Under the pieces are notes generated by a model. It was not told the DNA's origin and did no database searches. It saw nothing but the letters and a program-made list of their open reading frames with translations. From a virus (Duplodnaviria > Caudoviricetes), in the IMG/VR virus record IMGVR_UViG_3300017432_000006, positions 8,857 to 72,856 of that record: 64,000 bases of DNA. One strand, given 5' to 3'. Shown piece by piece: positions 1-10,554 of this stretch; position 1 is the first letter of the stretch; each line of letters opens with the position of its first letter. The position numbers were made by a program, and so were the translations under genes.

Positions 1-259
1 CATAACCAGCCGTCTTGAGAGGAATACCGAAGTAACCCTTGACGATACCAGACTTAGTAGGGCGACGAGGTTCTACGATACTTTCCTTGGGGAACAGAAT
101 ACTGTCATGATCACCGTTAGTGGATACGACTATGCCGGGGGTGTAGCGGTTGTGGTTCCACTCAGCAATAATGGTAGTTTTGGTGTCACGCACGTTGAAA
201 CTTGTCTTGAGAATGTTCTTGACATTGTTGTACTGATCTGTCGTCAGGTTACCTCTCAT
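1..259 (-). CDS. Minor tail protein, 5' part (runs off the left edge)
   Basis: ATG at 259 overlaps the end of the upstream gene; open frame MRGNLTTDQYNNVKNILKTSF... to the window edge; second gene after the tape measure. Confidence 0.65.
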   Translation of the reverse strand, partial: MRGNLTTDQYNNVKNILKTSFNVRDTKTTIIAEWNHNRYTPGIVVSTNGDHDSILFPKESIVEPRRPTKSGIVKGYFGIPLKTAGY

Positions 260-651
260 ACCTCTACCATTTCCACTGATACGTCCCACCAGTCATATTT
301 ACCCGCGCGCTTGACAAGCGTTGAACTGAAATTGTTCATGTACACGGTGTAGTTTCTGATCTTTCCATCTCCTTCTAGTACCACAAGAGTAAAGACATTA
401 GCGGTGTTGTAAAAGTTCTCCATCTCCCGCGCTCCCCAAAAGTTGTCAACGGTGTGTGCGGCTGTGCCGGGCACGGTTGTCCAACTCAGGGAAAATGTAC
501 GCTTGTCTGCGATCACATACGAGCGCGACGTACCGTCCGCCATACGAGCACGGTTCTCGATACGCTCTACGCTCATCTGCAACTCAGAACGGTTGTGGTC
601 AGTAATCTTATTACCGCTCCACGTCATTAATTGGGGCTTGAGAAACTTCAC
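256..651 (-). CDS. Distal-tail-like minor tail protein
   Basis: 131-aa ORF directly after the tape measure, 4-bp overlap. Confidence 0.65.
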   Translation of the reverse strand: MKFLKPQLMTWSGNKITDHNRSELQMSVERIENRARMADGTSRSYVIADKRTFSLSWTTVPGTAAHTVDNFWGAREMENFYNTANVFTLVVLEGDGKIRNYTVYMNNFSSTLVKRAGKYDWWDVSVEMVEV

Positions 652-3600
652 TTAATCACTCTCTTTCTTCCTGTCTTCTTGTCCTTCTCATCAATAGCAC
701 TCCACACGGCTCTCTTGATATCAATTGTATCATTAACCTTGTCATTGAAGTTAAGGTTGAACGTGTAGTTATTGTTCATGTTGCCGCTTTGTAGTTCTCC
801 AATACCTTCCTTCAACCCGCGTGACAGTGGTGCAGTAAGAACAGTTTCGTTCTTGTGCAAGTTGGCTAGTGTGTTGTCGTACTTGATATCTCCACCCACA
901 CGTAGACCAGGAATGTGCTTGTTCGGGTTAACCCATTCTGGTAGACCCAACTGGTAGTGAAGGTGGTTACCTGTAGATGAACCAGTCGTACCTACGTAAC
1001 CAATTCTCTGCCCGCCGGTTACCTGCTGACCTGCTGTAACAAGAGGACGTGAATTCATGTGGGCATAACCAGTCTTTACGTTGTTACCGTGATCGATAAG
1101 TACGTAGTTACCGTAAGAACCGGCCCAACCAGCCTGTGCTACTCTACCTGGCTTGGATGCGTAGATTGGCTTTCCACCGTTAGCAGAGAAGTCCATACCG
1201 TTGTGCAGTTTCATTCTTCCTGTGATCGGGTGCTGACGCATACCGAATGGAGATGACAACTTCTTGTAGTTACTTCTACCACCAAGAGGGTGATTCCAAC
1301 CACCGGCGGCTACGGTAGACTGTGCTCCGGTACCCGTCTCAGGTAAAATCGACAACTTGGAACCATTCAAAATAGCAACGGCTTCATCTTCCCACTTAGC
1401 ATAAGCGTTAGGGAAGCCTGATCTTTGTACGGCCTGGGCAGCGTCCGTCAAGGCCATTGAGTTGCGCCCCTTAACCTTTAGCAGACCCTCGAAGAACTTA
1501 CCCGCTGAGTACTCGGGGTCCATGATTTGTTCGATTGTTCCCCAGCCCTGTGATGTACGCTGCTGGAACAGACCAACTGAGTCACGGTCACCGTAGTTCA
1601 AGTTATTAAGACCTGACTCCTGCATGGCAGTCATAAGACCAATGATGAGGTCTCTCTCGCTAGCACCCATACTACGACCGACGTTCATGATTGTTGCGGC
1701 GTTCTGTAGTTGCGTTGCACTAAAGTTGGTACCACCGTACTTACCTGCGGCAGCCGCTGAGTAACCAGAATCCATTGCGCTCATCGTACCGACGATTTGT
1801 GCAATTCTACCTGCTGCTGATGCAAACACACTTCGGGCTACAGACTTGGCAATTGAGTTGCCAATGGCAGCGGCGATAAAACCTGCTCCCATTCCACCCA
1901 TGTCAGGTCCACCCATAGCATCAGAGCCAGAAAGGTCCATTGGCTGTCCGCCGTTGTTGATAGCATTTAGCAAACCTCTGTTCTTACGGCTAGCCCTTGA
2001 GTTAATGACGTATTCGTCCTTCTTGATGACCGCCATTGTCTCTGATGGGTACAATGATGAACTGCGAGGGACGCCGGTACGATCCTTTTGACTGAATCCC
2101 GGGCTTCCTCCGATGTGGTAAGCATGAAGTCCACCCTCTCGGTTACCAGCAGCACTGGCATCCTTGTAAGCCTTAAGCACGGCTGTTACAGTCGAGTCAA
2201 CTCCCTTATTGGTACCACCTGGGAAGTTACCTGTCTTCAACCATTCAACCAACTGGTCACCAGAAAGGTTGTAGGCGCTACCCATCTCGGTTGCAATGTC
2301 TTGACCGATCTTCTTCCAGTCGATTTCATCTTGTAGTGCCGCAGCAGCAGTCGCTACGTTGGTCTCAAGAGCAGTACCGACATAAGCACCCCACGCATCA
2401 CCCTGCAACTTAAGACCGTTTCCGTATCTCTCGTATGCTTCCTGTACCTTAACAATGTGATCGGCAAGTTCCTCGCGGGTACGTGGTGTAGCAGCCTTAA
2501 GTGTTTCTAGTTGTGCTGCAAGCATTCTTGAGTTGTTATCGAACTCAGCCTGCTTTGACTTAACGCTAGCATCAAGGTCAGCCTTCAACTTGTCTTGGTT
2601 GTTCTGGTGAGACAGAGCATTGTTCTGCTTCTGGTTCTCCAAAGCCTTGAGATTACTGTCCTGACGTGACTTAAGTGCCTTTGCGTCTCCCTGCTGACGA
2701 TCCTTGAGTCTAGTTGCCTCAAGTTCCTGCTGCTTCTTGAGGTTAGCCATAGCGGCTTCCTGCTCAAGATTAAGGTTCTTGATACGGGCTTCCTTCTCAG
2801 CCTCCATCGTCTTGATGCGGATATCTCTTTGCTCTTCCGCCAACTTGGTAGCGGCAGACTTCTGGTCTTCAAGTTTCTTGACCTCACCGGTCATCTTCTC
2901 TCTTAGAGCAGTTGAGGCATCACCAGATACAGCCGCCTGGTCGTCAATACTCCATTGCTGCTGAGTTGCGGCGGCATCGTTTTGAATCTTAGCGGCTTCA
3001 TCCAGGTTACCCCCGGCCAGTGCTGCATTAAAATCGACAGTCTGGTTGAACATTGCGGCAAGACGCTCGATACGACGACGCTCTGCCTCAAAGATTTCCT
3101 GACGACGATCCTCCGCACGCTCTTCGGCTTCGATAGAATCCTGAATCTTCTTAATTCGTGCATCGTAGGCTGCCTCTTGTGCTTCGATCTGACGGTTGAG
3201 TGTGTCTGTTGTCTTCTCAATAGCAGCATCGTACTTGGCTTCCTCGTTCTCGATGCGAGTTTCCCAGGCAGTCTCAGCGTTATCGGCATTGCGCTGCCAC
3301 AGTTCGTTGAAACGCTTTGTCTCGGCTTCCTGACGTGTGTTAAGTGCTTCGTCTTCGGCAGCATGAGTGTCCTGAATTGCGTCGCGCTTTGCGTCGTAAC
3401 GGTCAGCGTCAGCATCAGCACGAGCCTTCATCTTGTCTAGTTCGGCCTCACCGTTTGCACGCATGGCGTCCAGTTGAGCAGTGTTACTTTGTTGTAGTAG
3501 CCTGTCAGCCTCTTCGTAAATGCTGCTCATGGTGCCAGACATTGCAGACTTGAGCGTGTTCGTCAAATCGTCGGCTGTCATAGCCACTTCTTCCATAGCC

Positions 3601-6600
3601 TCAGCCTGGTCTTCTAGTTCCTGGGTAGCCCCGCCGGTAGCGGTGCTGAACCCCTGCTGTAGACTTGTTGCTTGTCCTAGACCAGCAAGCATACGGAAGT
3701 TGTTAAGAATTTGCAGTTTCTCAGCCGCGTCCATCTTCTGATACTCTTCGTTATTCTTACGAAGGTGAGTGTTGTAGCGAGCGCGTGCTTCGCCCAGGCT
3801 GACGATTGGTGCTACGCCGATAGCCTTGAGTACTTGGTTAAGGTTCTCGTACTCGTCCGCACTTTCCTTGGTCTTGTCATTACCAAGGGCGATGGTTCTA
3901 ATGATTTCCTTTTGTACGTCATCGAACTGTAGCACTTCGTCACCCGCGCCTTCGTAGACACGACGTAGGTCATCGATATTGGCAACTCCTTCAAGTTGCG
4001 CACTTGTGCTGTTCTTGACCTTGTTCATCTGCTCTGTCAAGTCCTGAACGCTGTTGATACCTAGAGCCTTGAACTCTTCCGAGTACTGCTTTTGTAGTCT
4101 GTCGAACATCGGCTGGCTCTGTGTCGCAACGCTTTCGACAAGTACTGTCGCGGCCTTGCTTCTCTCAATATCTGTAGCAGCAGCACCGAAGGCTTGGTTG
4201 AACATCGTTCCAACCTTACCGCCCTCTTCCTTGGCATCGTTAGACGCTTGGCTGTCGCCGCCAAACATTCTTTCCATCCAACCCTTGTTGTCAACCTTTT
4301 CCATTCCGGTACGAAGAGCCTCAGCCATCTGCTCCCCGCGCGCTTCAAGTACGGCGTCTTCTGACTCAAAGTTGATTCTTGCGGTAACGTCGAGAACCAT
4401 GTTGTCCAGGGTGTCACCTGTAAAACCGGCGGCGTACAGTGCTGTGCGTACGGCGTTTGAAGCGTCGCTTGCGCTACCACCTGCGGCCAGGGTTGCTAGG
4501 GCAAACTGAATTGCTAGGTTAGTCTGCTCTAGTTCGCCATTAGCGGCCTTGATGGAATCGTACCAAGCCTTAGTCTCATCGTTGGTTTCCTGCATAGCCT
4601 TAACTCTTTGTTCGTCAAGTGATACGCTGTTGACCGGCTTACCCTCTTCGTCTACCTGAGCAGGGTTATAAGTGAATTCGAGTACCTGAGAGATACCCTC
4701 GCCTGCGTTGCCCATGAGTTCGGCATTCTTACGACCTTCGTTGAGGTTGTTGTCAATAGCCTTTGTCGCAGCAACGATTGCCGTGAAGATACCAACGGCA
4801 ATACCAAGTGGTCCTAGTAGACGGCCTACACTTAGTAGTAGTCCACCTGCTCCTCTTGCTGCACCTCCTACGACATTCTTCAAAGCCCCGGCGCTTCTGA
4901 CGTTTGCAAGCATTGCCTTACCACTAGCCAGGCTGCTTAGTGCGAACAACTTGGCTCCGGCACCAGCGGCCTTGATAACAAGTACTAGTTTTGCCCAGGC
5001 AGCGTTAGGTACGAGCGCACCAAGTAGACCAACAGTCATGAGAATGTTGGTCACATTGTCGAATGTCTCGCTCGATGAACCGCTCATCGTATTGAATGCA
5101 AGCGCAACTAGTCCTGCGTTTGCCACGATACCAGGAAGTGCTCTGGCGATCTTGCCTGTAGCACCTGCTGTTTCAGCCGCGCCTTCTGCGGCTTGCTGGT
5201 TGACAACTGCGTGTCGTCCCTGCATGTAGTTACCGGTCAGCGGTGTGTTCGCCTCTGGCACAGAACCTGGAATTGGTGCGATGTGTCTACCGTTTGGTAG
5301 TCCACCCATCTGACGAGAAAGCAAACCTAGTGTTACGGCTAGTCTTTCAGCAGAAGTCGTTTCTCCGTCGAAAGCGGCCTTTGCTCTCAACGCGGCAATT
5401 TCTGCTGCACGCTGCTCGGGGGTCAGCACCTTGAATCTCAAAGCCAGTTGTGCAAGACCGGTTCCTGCCTTGATGACAGAACCAGTAAGGTTAGCGACTA
5501 CACCAACGAGCATCAGCACGACACCGGCTAGTGCTGCACCACCGGCAGCAACAAGGGCAAACGTCTTAACGCCTTCTGGTAATGCGTTGAATGAGTCTAC
5601 CAGTCCACTGATGAAGTTGACGATTGGCACGACTGCTCTCAGGACCGGCTCTCCTAGTTGTGCTAGGTTAGCGTAAAGTGTCTGCACAGCGATCTGGAAC
5701 TGACCAGAAAGGCTGTCTTGGATAGCCTGGATTTCTGTGTCGGCTGTTTGTGCCCACTCAGTAGTTGATTGCTTTGCTACGTCCATGGCGCGGGCTGTCT
5801 GTGAGGTCTGGTCTCCAACCCCGGCCATAGCATCACCAATACCACCAAGGGCAGCGTTTAGTCGGTTGAACTGATAAGTACCGAACAGTCTGGCGATTGC
5901 CTGCTGACGCTGTAGTGGATCAAGGTCCTTCATCTCCGTAGAAAGTCTTTGGAGAACCTTGAACAAGTTACCGCCCTCGTCCTCAACGATCTTCACCACG
6001 TCGATCTTGTACTTATCGAACTCAGCGATAGCAGCGCGGGTAGGGTTAAGGATTCTTGTTGTAGCAGACTTTAGAGCGTTAGCACCTTCGGCAGCGTCAA
6101 CACCCTTTTCTCTCATCGCTACGAGTAGGACGGTCATTTCTTCAACTGTTACTCCAAGACCCGCCAGCGCGCTTGCAGCACGCGGGGTGGCAGCGGCAAT
6201 GTCCTGAATGCTCAGTGACGTTGCGTTTTCTACCGAGTTCATAAAGTTGAACTTCTCGGTCATCTGATCAGCAGAAAGCCCGAATGCGTTTTGCAAGGCA
6301 ATAGCAGTTTGTAGGGCGTCGTTACGATCAAGTTCACCAAGAGTAGCAATACGTGTTACTTCCGCAGTTGTCTTGATAAGGTCTTGTCCAGTAAGACCGG
6401 TCTGCGCTAGGTCAGCCTGCGTCTCTAGGGTATCCTTGATGCTGGCACCGTACTCCTTAGCCATGACCGTTGCATTACGTGTAGAGTCCTCACGCAACTG
6501 GTTAAGTTCCTTGGTCTTGGCGATCTGAGCGTCAGCCTGTGTCATGTAGTCGTAATTAGCAGTGTCGTAAACCTTCTGGATACGAGTCATCTGCTTGTCT

Positions 6601-7232
6601 ACCTGATATGCTGCGGCTGCCGCTCCGACTCCGAGCATAGCAATAGGCATACCCACACCAACGGTGATCTGACGACCGGCCCATTGTGTGTTCTTACCCC
6701 AATTGACTGTCTGGTGTGCTACTGAGGAAAGTAGTTGGTTGTAGTAACCAAGTTCCTGACGCATCCCGCGTAGGTTCTCGATATTACCGGCGGGGACGAG
6801 CAAGTCCATTCTAGACTTACCTGTTGTCTGGTTAGAGAAGGATGAACCAAGAGCGTTCTGTAGTGCTACCTGCTCCTTCATAGAAGCAACTAGTAGTTTA
6901 CGCTGTCCCCAGGCTTCACGTAGGCCAACCTTCTGCTTGGCAAGGGCATTGTTGAATGCCTCGGTACCAGAAACAACCTTCATCTCCGCTACCTGATATA
7001 CACCACTTGCCTGAGCAGCGAGGTTGAATGCCTTACGTCTTTCCTGTAGTTCCTTGATAGCCTGAGCATATTGACCGGTAGGCAGCATCGTGCCGTCGGC
7101 AAGGATATCGTTGCGTGCCGCTCTCTTGGCGATATCGTCAAGTTGAGCAAACTGTGCTTGCAGTCTCTTGATCCCCGCGCTTACGTCACGGAAATCAGAG
7201 GTTCCGGTAAACCTTACGCCTACGTTCTCTAT
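648..7232 (-). CDS. Tape measure protein with C-terminal lysozyme/transglycosylase-like and M23 peptidase domains; probable AUA start at 7232
   Basis: Over 2100 aa, Ala/Gly-rich TMP core; GLFQQR..GWG motif; M23 motifs HNGMDF, GYAHM, HLHY; frame open 48 codons upstream of ATG 7088 to an ATA preceded by AAGGGA. Confidence 0.93.
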   Translation of the reverse strand: MENVGVRFTGTSDFRDVSAGIKRLQAQFAQLDDIAKRAARNDILADGTMLPTGQYAQAIKELQERRKAFNLAAQASGVYQVAEMKVVSGTEAFNNALAKQKVGLREAWGQRKLLVASMKEQVALQNALGSSFSNQTTGKSRMDLLVPAGNIENLRGMRQELGYYNQLLSSVAHQTVNWGKNTQWAGRQITVGVGMPIAMLGVGAAAAAYQVDKQMTRIQKVYDTANYDYMTQADAQIAKTKELNQLREDSTRNATVMAKEYGASIKDTLETQADLAQTGLTGQDLIKTTAEVTRIATLGELDRNDALQTAIALQNAFGLSADQMTEKFNFMNSVENATSLSIQDIAAATPRAASALAGLGVTVEEMTVLLVAMREKGVDAAEGANALKSATTRILNPTRAAIAEFDKYKIDVVKIVEDEGGNLFKVLQRLSTEMKDLDPLQRQQAIARLFGTYQFNRLNAALGGIGDAMAGVGDQTSQTARAMDVAKQSTTEWAQTADTEIQAIQDSLSGQFQIAVQTLYANLAQLGEPVLRAVVPIVNFISGLVDSFNALPEGVKTFALVAAGGAALAGVVLMLVGVVANLTGSVIKAGTGLAQLALRFKVLTPEQRAAEIAALRAKAAFDGETTSAERLAVTLGLLSRQMGGLPNGRHIAPIPGSVPEANTPLTGNYMQGRHAVVNQQAAEGAAETAGATGKIARALPGIVANAGLVALAFNTMSGSSSETFDNVTNILMTVGLLGALVPNAAWAKLVLVIKAAGAGAKLFALSSLASGKAMLANVRSAGALKNVVGGAARGAGGLLLSVGRLLGPLGIAVGIFTAIVAATKAIDNNLNEGRKNAELMGNAGEGISQVLEFTYNPAQVDEEGKPVNSVSLDEQRVKAMQETNDETKAWYDSIKAANGELEQTNLAIQFALATLAAGGSASDASNAVRTALYAAGFTGDTLDNMVLDVTARINFESEDAVLEARGEQMAEALRTGMEKVDNKGWMERMFGGDSQASNDAKEEGGKVGTMFNQAFGAAATDIERSKAATVLVESVATQSQPMFDRLQKQYSEEFKALGINSVQDLTEQMNKVKNSTSAQLEGVANIDDLRRVYEGAGDEVLQFDDVQKEIIRTIALGNDKTKESADEYENLNQVLKAIGVAPIVSLGEARARYNTHLRKNNEEYQKMDAAEKLQILNNFRMLAGLGQATSLQQGFSTATGGATQELEDQAEAMEEVAMTADDLTNTLKSAMSGTMSSIYEEADRLLQQSNTAQLDAMRANGEAELDKMKARADADADRYDAKRDAIQDTHAAEDEALNTRQEAETKRFNELWQRNADNAETAWETRIENEEAKYDAAIEKTTDTLNRQIEAQEAAYDARIKKIQDSIEAEERAEDRRQEIFEAERRRIERLAAMFNQTVDFNAALAGGNLDEAAKIQNDAAATQQQWSIDDQAAVSGDASTALREKMTGEVKKLEDQKSAATKLAEEQRDIRIKTMEAEKEARIKNLNLEQEAAMANLKKQQELEATRLKDRQQGDAKALKSRQDSNLKALENQKQNNALSHQNNQDKLKADLDASVKSKQAEFDNNSRMLAAQLETLKAATPRTREELADHIVKVQEAYERYGNGLKLQGDAWGAYVGTALETNVATAAAALQDEIDWKKIGQDIATEMGSAYNLSGDQLVEWLKTGNFPGGTNKGVDSTVTAVLKAYKDASAAGNREGGLHAYHIGGSPGFSQKDRTGVPRSSSLYPSETMAVIKKDEYVINSRASRKNRGLLNAINNGGQPMDLSGSDAMGGPDMGGMGAGFIAAAIGNSIAKSVARSVFASAAGRIAQIVGTMSAMDSGYSAAAAGKYGGTNFSATQLQNAATIMNVGRSMGASERDLIIGLMTAMQESGLNNLNYGDRDSVGLFQQRTSQGWGTIEQIMDPEYSAGKFFEGLLKVKGRNSMALTDAAQAVQRSGFPNAYAKWEDEAVAILNGSKLSILPETGTGAQSTVAAGGWNHPLGGRSNYKKLSSPFGMRQHPITGRMKLHNGMDFSANGGKPIYASKPGRVAQAGWAGSYGNYVLIDHGNNVKTGYAHMNSRPLVTAGQQVTGGQRIGYVGTTGSSTGNHLHYQLGLPEWVNPNKHIPGLRVGGDIKYDNTLANLHKNETVLTAPLSRGLKEGIGELQSGNMNNNYTFNLNFNDKVNDTIDIKRAVWSAIDEKDKKTGRKRVIK

Positions 7233-7251
7233 GTCAGTTCAGTCCCTTAGT

Positions 7252-7940
7252 TTATTCTTCTACGATTTCAATTCCGATATCAGCGAAGAAGTCTTGTCCT
7301 TCTACCTTACCGTTGATCTTTTCAAGTTTGGCTTCTGCTCGCTTCTTGACCGCCGCGACTCTTGCCTTTTCTTCTTCTGCGCGTAGGTCTACTCCGTGAG
7401 CAATCCATGCTTGAGTGTATGTTCTTTCTTTTTCAATTTTTGCTTGTGCTTCTAGAATCAGTTGTAACTCAAAGATCGAGATTTCTTCTTCTAGTTGTTC
7501 GAAGTTTCGCCAGGCTCCGATGAGGTAGGCTGCTCCTTCAAGTTCTGCGAGGTTTCGGTCCCACTCTCTTGGGTCGCTGTTACTGCCGTCAGAATCCTCG
7601 CCATCTCCTCCGGGTCCATCTGCGCTACTGCTTCCTGCATTTTTTTTAGATCGATCCCCGTGCAGACCGCGAGTACCTTGTAGATCGTCTCTGTATCGAG
7701 AACTGCATCAAACTCGTAACCCTCGGGCCAGTCCTTCTTGAGAACCTTGAGGCAGTACACGCACAGTTCGTACAACTGCTCTTCTGTGTCATCACCGTCG
7801 GTGTCCAGCGTTGAGTTGTCCATAATGTCCAGCATCTTCTTATTGGCGATGCGGTAGTACTTGATCGGTGTCGGACGGAGGTTGACTACCGTTCCGTCGA
7901 ATAGTTCAATTGGTTCTACTGTGTATACTGTTGCTGCCAT
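7252..7940 (-). CDS. Tail assembly chaperone G-T fusion (predicted -1 frameshift)
   Basis: The -1 frame is open from ~7710 to TAA 7252, has no start codon of its own and encodes a T-like domain (WDRNLAELEG..W.NFEQLEEEIS...AHGVDL); A8 run at 7640-7647. Confidence 0.65.
7491..7940 (-). CDS. Tail assembly chaperone G
   Basis: 149-aa acidic ORF between major tail and tape measure. Confidence 0.8.
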   Translation of the reverse strand: MAATVYTVEPIELFDGTVVNLRPTPIKYYRIANKKMLDIMDNSTLDTDGDDTEEQLYELCVYCLKVLKKDWPEGYEFDAVLDTETIYKVLAVCTGIDLKKMQEAVAQMDPEEMARILTAVTATQESGTETSQNLKEQPTSSEPGETSNN

Positions 7941-8009
7941 GTTTTTCTCTCTTTCTGTTGTTAGTATATGATAACATTTCTAGTGGAAACTTCAAAGTGT
8001 CCTGAGACG

Positions 8010-8049
8010 CAACAAACCGCCCCAGGGACTTCCTGAGGCGGGTGTTGTT
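8010..8049 (-). terminator. Intrinsic terminator after the major tail gene
   Basis: GC-rich hairpin followed by a U-rich run on the minus strand. Confidence 0.6.
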
Positions 8050-8067
8050 CTAACTAAGTGTTGCTGG

Positions 8068-8718
8068 TCAGGCTCCTGTTCCTGAGAACGTTGAGGCTGA
8101 TGTTACTGCTCTGTCGATAACGCGACCATATGGAGCACCGGATGCTGCTGCATTTGGAAGAACACGGAAAGAAACAGGAAGACCTGTTACTTCTGTACGA
8201 CGGAGTGCGTGGCTTGAAGATTCTGTCTGAATCGCACGACGTAGGTGGTAGACTCTTTCTCTACGACCGGTTACGCGAGGGGCCTTACCCACGAAAAGAA
8301 TTCCTCTTTCCACAGGGTCGTCACCAAGGGAACCACCAGTCATATCAAGAGTTGATACGGCTGTCGCTCCTGATCCAGTTGTAGTAAGTGTACCGTTCTG
8401 CTGACCCCAAACAACTACTAGGTTCTCAAGTGTCGCTTCTGCGAGTGTAGTGTTAACTGTCACTCTCATTGACTGCTTGAACACGCGAGCGGAGTCTAGA
8501 AGTTGGTCAACTTCTACGTCACCAAAGTCTGGTTCGTAAGAAACTTCAACACCTTCCATTGTGAAACCGACGTTGCGGAAATCTGCGGCTGGGGGTGCTT
8601 CGGTAGGTGTTGCCTTGCTCAAAGCGGTGTCCCAGGCTGTACCTGCTCCACTTTCTGAATCCACAGTAGTTAGCCACACTTGAGCGGCTCCTACGAGAAT
8701 GTTACGGCTTTCTGCCAT
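8068..8718 (-). CDS. Major tail (tube) protein
   Basis: 216 aa; VGFTMEGVEVSYEPDF..VEVDQLLD and TTLAEATLENL tail-tube pattern; strong RBS; followed by a terminator. Confidence 0.85.
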   Translation of the reverse strand: MAESRNILVGAAQVWLTTVDSESGAGTAWDTALSKATPTEAPPAADFRNVGFTMEGVEVSYEPDFGDVEVDQLLDSARVFKQSMRVTVNTTLAEATLENLVVVWGQQNGTLTTTGSGATAVSTLDMTGGSLGDDPVERGILFVGKAPRVTGRRERVYHLRRAIQTESSSHALRRTEVTGLPVSFRVLPNAAASGAPYGRVIDRAVTSASTFSGTGA

Positions 8719-8809
8719 TTGATTTGTTCACCATCTTTCCTTTTCAAAATTTTTGCTGGCTAGGCGGTCTATCTTCTCACTTGCTAGTATAGGTTAGATT
8801 TTTTTGAAA

Positions 8810-9265
8810 TCAAAACTCTTTGTAGCCAACTCGAAGAGTTATTGTTATACTAGCCCTTCCTCCCTGTTCGGAGGCTGGTTCTATACCCGACGCATTGTAT
8901 ATACTAATGTAGTCGTAGTCATAATTCTTGAATCCCGCGACCGGGCTGGCATCGACAAATCTGTTGACACGGGCTGCCGCTTCGTTGTAGTCCTTGAAGT
9001 TCTTGGTCAGAATTTTAGTTACACGTCTGAGCACTTCGTCATCCTTCGAGAAAATCGTATAGACGATGTTGTCATCACGCTTGAAGTAGTTCTCGGTAAT
9101 GGTGTTGAGCACCCATGAGTAGATGATGACCGGGCGGGTTTCTGTACGTACCATTTCTGCCCACTGCTGAGTGGGTGCGATGATTACCGATAGTGGCTCT
9201 GCGTCCAGTAGTGACTTAAAATAGTTGTTCACCGGGTCACAGAAATTGATGTGATCAGTAGCCAT
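8810..9265 (-). CDS. Tail terminator-like protein
   Basis: Start better placed at ATG 9265 (RBS GGAGG); immediately upstream of the major tail gene. Confidence 0.6.
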   Translation of the reverse strand: MATDHINFCDPVNNYFKSLLDAEPLSVIIAPTQQWAEMVRTETRPVIIYSWVLNTITENYFKRDDNIVYTIFSKDDEVLRRVTKILTKNFKDYNEAAARVNRFVDASPVAGFKNYDYDYISIYNASGIEPASEQGGRASITITLRVGYKEF

Positions 9266-10088
9266 ACAGTAACATCCTCCTCTTGGCAGCGTCATCGATG
9301 AAACGCCCGCGCTTTCTCTCCATGTCAATCTTAGCCTGCTTGCGTGCTTTTTCAAACTCTTTGCGCGCATTCGATGAACGCCAGAGTGTGAAGTTCTTCT
9401 TTGCTGCTTGTGTAGTTGCTCTCTTGATACCGTCTACACTTGCTACTTGCTTAGACATTAGGTCGTCTAGACCCTGACGCTTGAACTCCACCGCGCCGCC
9501 CGATGCCCACCACATCAAGAATCGTGAAGTGAACTGCTTTTCGCTCTTACCCTTACCGGCGATGAATCTACTTGGCTTGGTTGTAGCAAAGAACTGTCCG
9601 TCTCTGACATAGGCTAGTTGGTCAGTGAGTTGCGGTCTAACAACTACTGGCATGGCATATTCGAATACCGGCGCCTTCCATGTGAAGACGTGAACACCCT
9701 CGTTGACGTGATACGGTGGGGTAGTCAGGATAGGGTTGACTGGCATCGGTACTGTCGATGGTAGGAAGGTGAAACCAGCAATTTTGTTACGCCCGCGCCC
9801 GACCAAGGTGTGAACCCACAATCTCGACAGAGGGTCACCGATGGTGTCTCCTCCACGGAATGTCGATGGGGCTTCGTAGACGTGGTGCAGTTGGCCCTTA
9901 TTTGTCTTTGCCTCAGCGTCGATTGCCAGGTTGAATGAGTCTGCCAATCTGGCGTGAATCACGTTTACGGCTGTACCGAGGAACAGGTCAGTCTTGACGC
10001 TCTCTTCGATACCCTTGACATAACCAGCGTATGCATAAGACCCGGCTAACCCGGGTGTGATCTGAAACCCCTTCCTCTTGCTAGCCAC
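9255..10088 (-). CDS. Neck/tail-completion protein (putative)
   Basis: 277-aa basic ORF within the head-tail joining gene order. Confidence 0.5.
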   Translation of the reverse strand: MASKRKGFQITPGLAGSYAYAGYVKGIEESVKTDLFLGTAVNVIHARLADSFNLAIDAEAKTNKGQLHHVYEAPSTFRGGDTIGDPLSRLWVHTLVGRGRNKIAGFTFLPSTVPMPVNPILTTPPYHVNEGVHVFTWKAPVFEYAMPVVVRPQLTDQLAYVRDGQFFATTKPSRFIAGKGKSEKQFTSRFLMWWASGGAVEFKRQGLDDLMSKQVASVDGIKRATTQAAKKNFTLWRSSNARKEFEKARKQAKIDMERKRGRFIDDAAKRRMLLYGY

Positions 10089-10554
10089 TTTGTACTTCCG
10101 ATCTTCTAAGCACTACGTATTTTTCTACTACTGCCTTGAACGGGCCAAGCACAGGTGTTACGCTGACCACTGAGTACACGGTAGCAACATTGTTGCTTTC
10201 CTCTTCGACCCATGCGATCTTTCCTGTCGAGTCCTTGATATTGGTGATTCTGTCATTAGTGTCGATCTTGGTCTCGGGTCCACAACGCATTTCCAAGAAC
10301 TCATTGATGCTCAGAGCAATGTCTGCTGTTGAGATGTTGTCCTGAGAAGACTTGTAGGTCGAGCTGCTGAATGTGTTGACAGAGCAGTCGATGATTCTTG
10401 ATGGCTCCATTGCTGATGTGGTATTGTCTCCATCTGCTGTCCATGAGTTAGTAACGGCAAAGGTGACGGGATCGATTACTTGGTGTACCGGCGCTTCCTT
10501 CTTTGTCAGTACTGTTGCTTTCATAGAATACTGCGCGCTTGTCAAACATCTCAT
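10081..10554 (-). CDS. Head-to-tail stopper (putative)
   Basis: 157-aa beta-rich ORF following the adaptor. Confidence 0.55.
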   Translation of the reverse strand: MRCLTSAQYSMKATVLTKKEAPVHQVIDPVTFAVTNSWTADGDNTTSAMEPSRIIDCSVNTFSSSTYKSSQDNISTADIALSINEFLEMRCGPETKIDTNDRITNIKDSTGKIAWVEEESNNVATVYSVVSVTPVLGPFKAVVEKYVVLRRSEVQSG

